Source: Candidatus Ryanbacteria bacterium | GTDB lineage: Bacteria; Patescibacteriota; Minisyncoccia; Ryanbacterales; GWA2-47-10b | Length of the DNA: 61,836 nt | Direction of reading: 5' to 3' | Assembly: GCA_009691385.1 (NCBI GenBank) | Contig: SICQ01000001.1 | Span: forward strand, 1 to 61,836 | Shown here: positions 61,730 through 61,836 of the stretch, piece by piece | Position numbering within the stretch: the first letter of the stretch is position 1 | Layout: every line of letters begins with the position of its first letter | Notes under the pieces: generated by a model | Databases searched by the model: none | Seen by the model: only the letters and a program-made list of their open reading frames with translations | What the model was told of the DNA's origin: nothing | Made by a program: the position numbers and the translations under genes

Positions 61730-61836
61730 ATGGGCATCATACCTCAGAGCGTAGGTGACATCAAAATGGGTATTTGAAAAAAACCTGATTTTATGGCATA
61801 ACAATAGTAGAATTGAACCTACAACCCGTTCGCGCA

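Noticed and set aside
61806-61836. T-arm-like motif (the minus strand reads GTAG-GTTCAATT-CTAC) at the window edge, possibly part of a tRNA
   Set aside because: It has only a 4-bp stem with an 8-nt loop and no acceptable acceptor or CCA context. The rest would lie outside the window, so it cannot be evaluated.

Overview
This is a 61.8-kb, gene-dense bacterial chromosome segment, with about 65 protein genes and one tRNA. Core genes are about 50% GC by hand counts of 60-nt lines. They are mostly cell-envelope, cell-division and translation functions.

Core content:
- A split dcw cluster. One arm is dac-mraY-[amidohydrolase]-murD-ftsW-murG on the plus strand (15.6-22.7 kb). The other is mraZ-rsmH-ftsL-ftsI-murF on the minus strand (42.1-46.7 kb). 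murA and murC lie at 58.2-61.7 kb. No murE is present in the window.
- mreB-mreC-mreD-PBP2, plus a second mreB.
- Five aaRS genes: aspS, gltX, cysS, class-I lysK and proS.
- rpmA, rplI, rplU, dnaB, recR, rmuC, pyrG, frr, rseP, corA, a P-type ATPase, scpAB and tRNA-Glu(CUC).

Several features are what reduced genomes such as CPR/Patescibacteria show, but this is inference only:
- AspRS lacks the GAD domain and ProRS lacks the INS domain.
- LysRS is class I.
- The holB-like gene is only 175 aa.
- Long runs of genes overlap by 4 or 8 nt.

Compositionally aberrant accessory patches sit between the core operons:
- (i) An AT-rich cassette at 25.95-27.27 kb holds a HEPN-like helical protein and a protein combining a homing-endonuclease-associated repeat with a restriction-endonuclease-like domain. 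It is preceded by a 385-nt non-coding gap and followed by a Cas4/AddB-type Fe-S nuclease. This is my best candidate for an undescribed defence-type module.
- (ii) A GC-rich patch at 1.7-3.7 kb holds a secreted M23 peptidase with two carbohydrate-binding-like modules, plus an orphan DUF397 gene of actinobacterial type.
- (iii) An AT-rich pair at 4.8-6.7 kb encodes a polyprenyl synthase and a UbiA prenyltransferase.
- (iv) A 1450-aa secreted protein (8.5-12.9 kb) is rich in Cys, Trp and Pro, and has an internally duplicated B-A-A-B tail joined by poly-proline linkers.
- (v) Five short GC-rich ORFs each carry their own promoter-like elements, Shine-Dalgarno site and/or terminator.

An N-acyl-D-amino-acid deacylase homologue sits immediately upstream of, and overlapping, murD inside the dcw operon, which is also notable. 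No CRISPR array, transposase, integrase or rRNA was seen. All functional calls come from remembered family motifs, and no database search was run.
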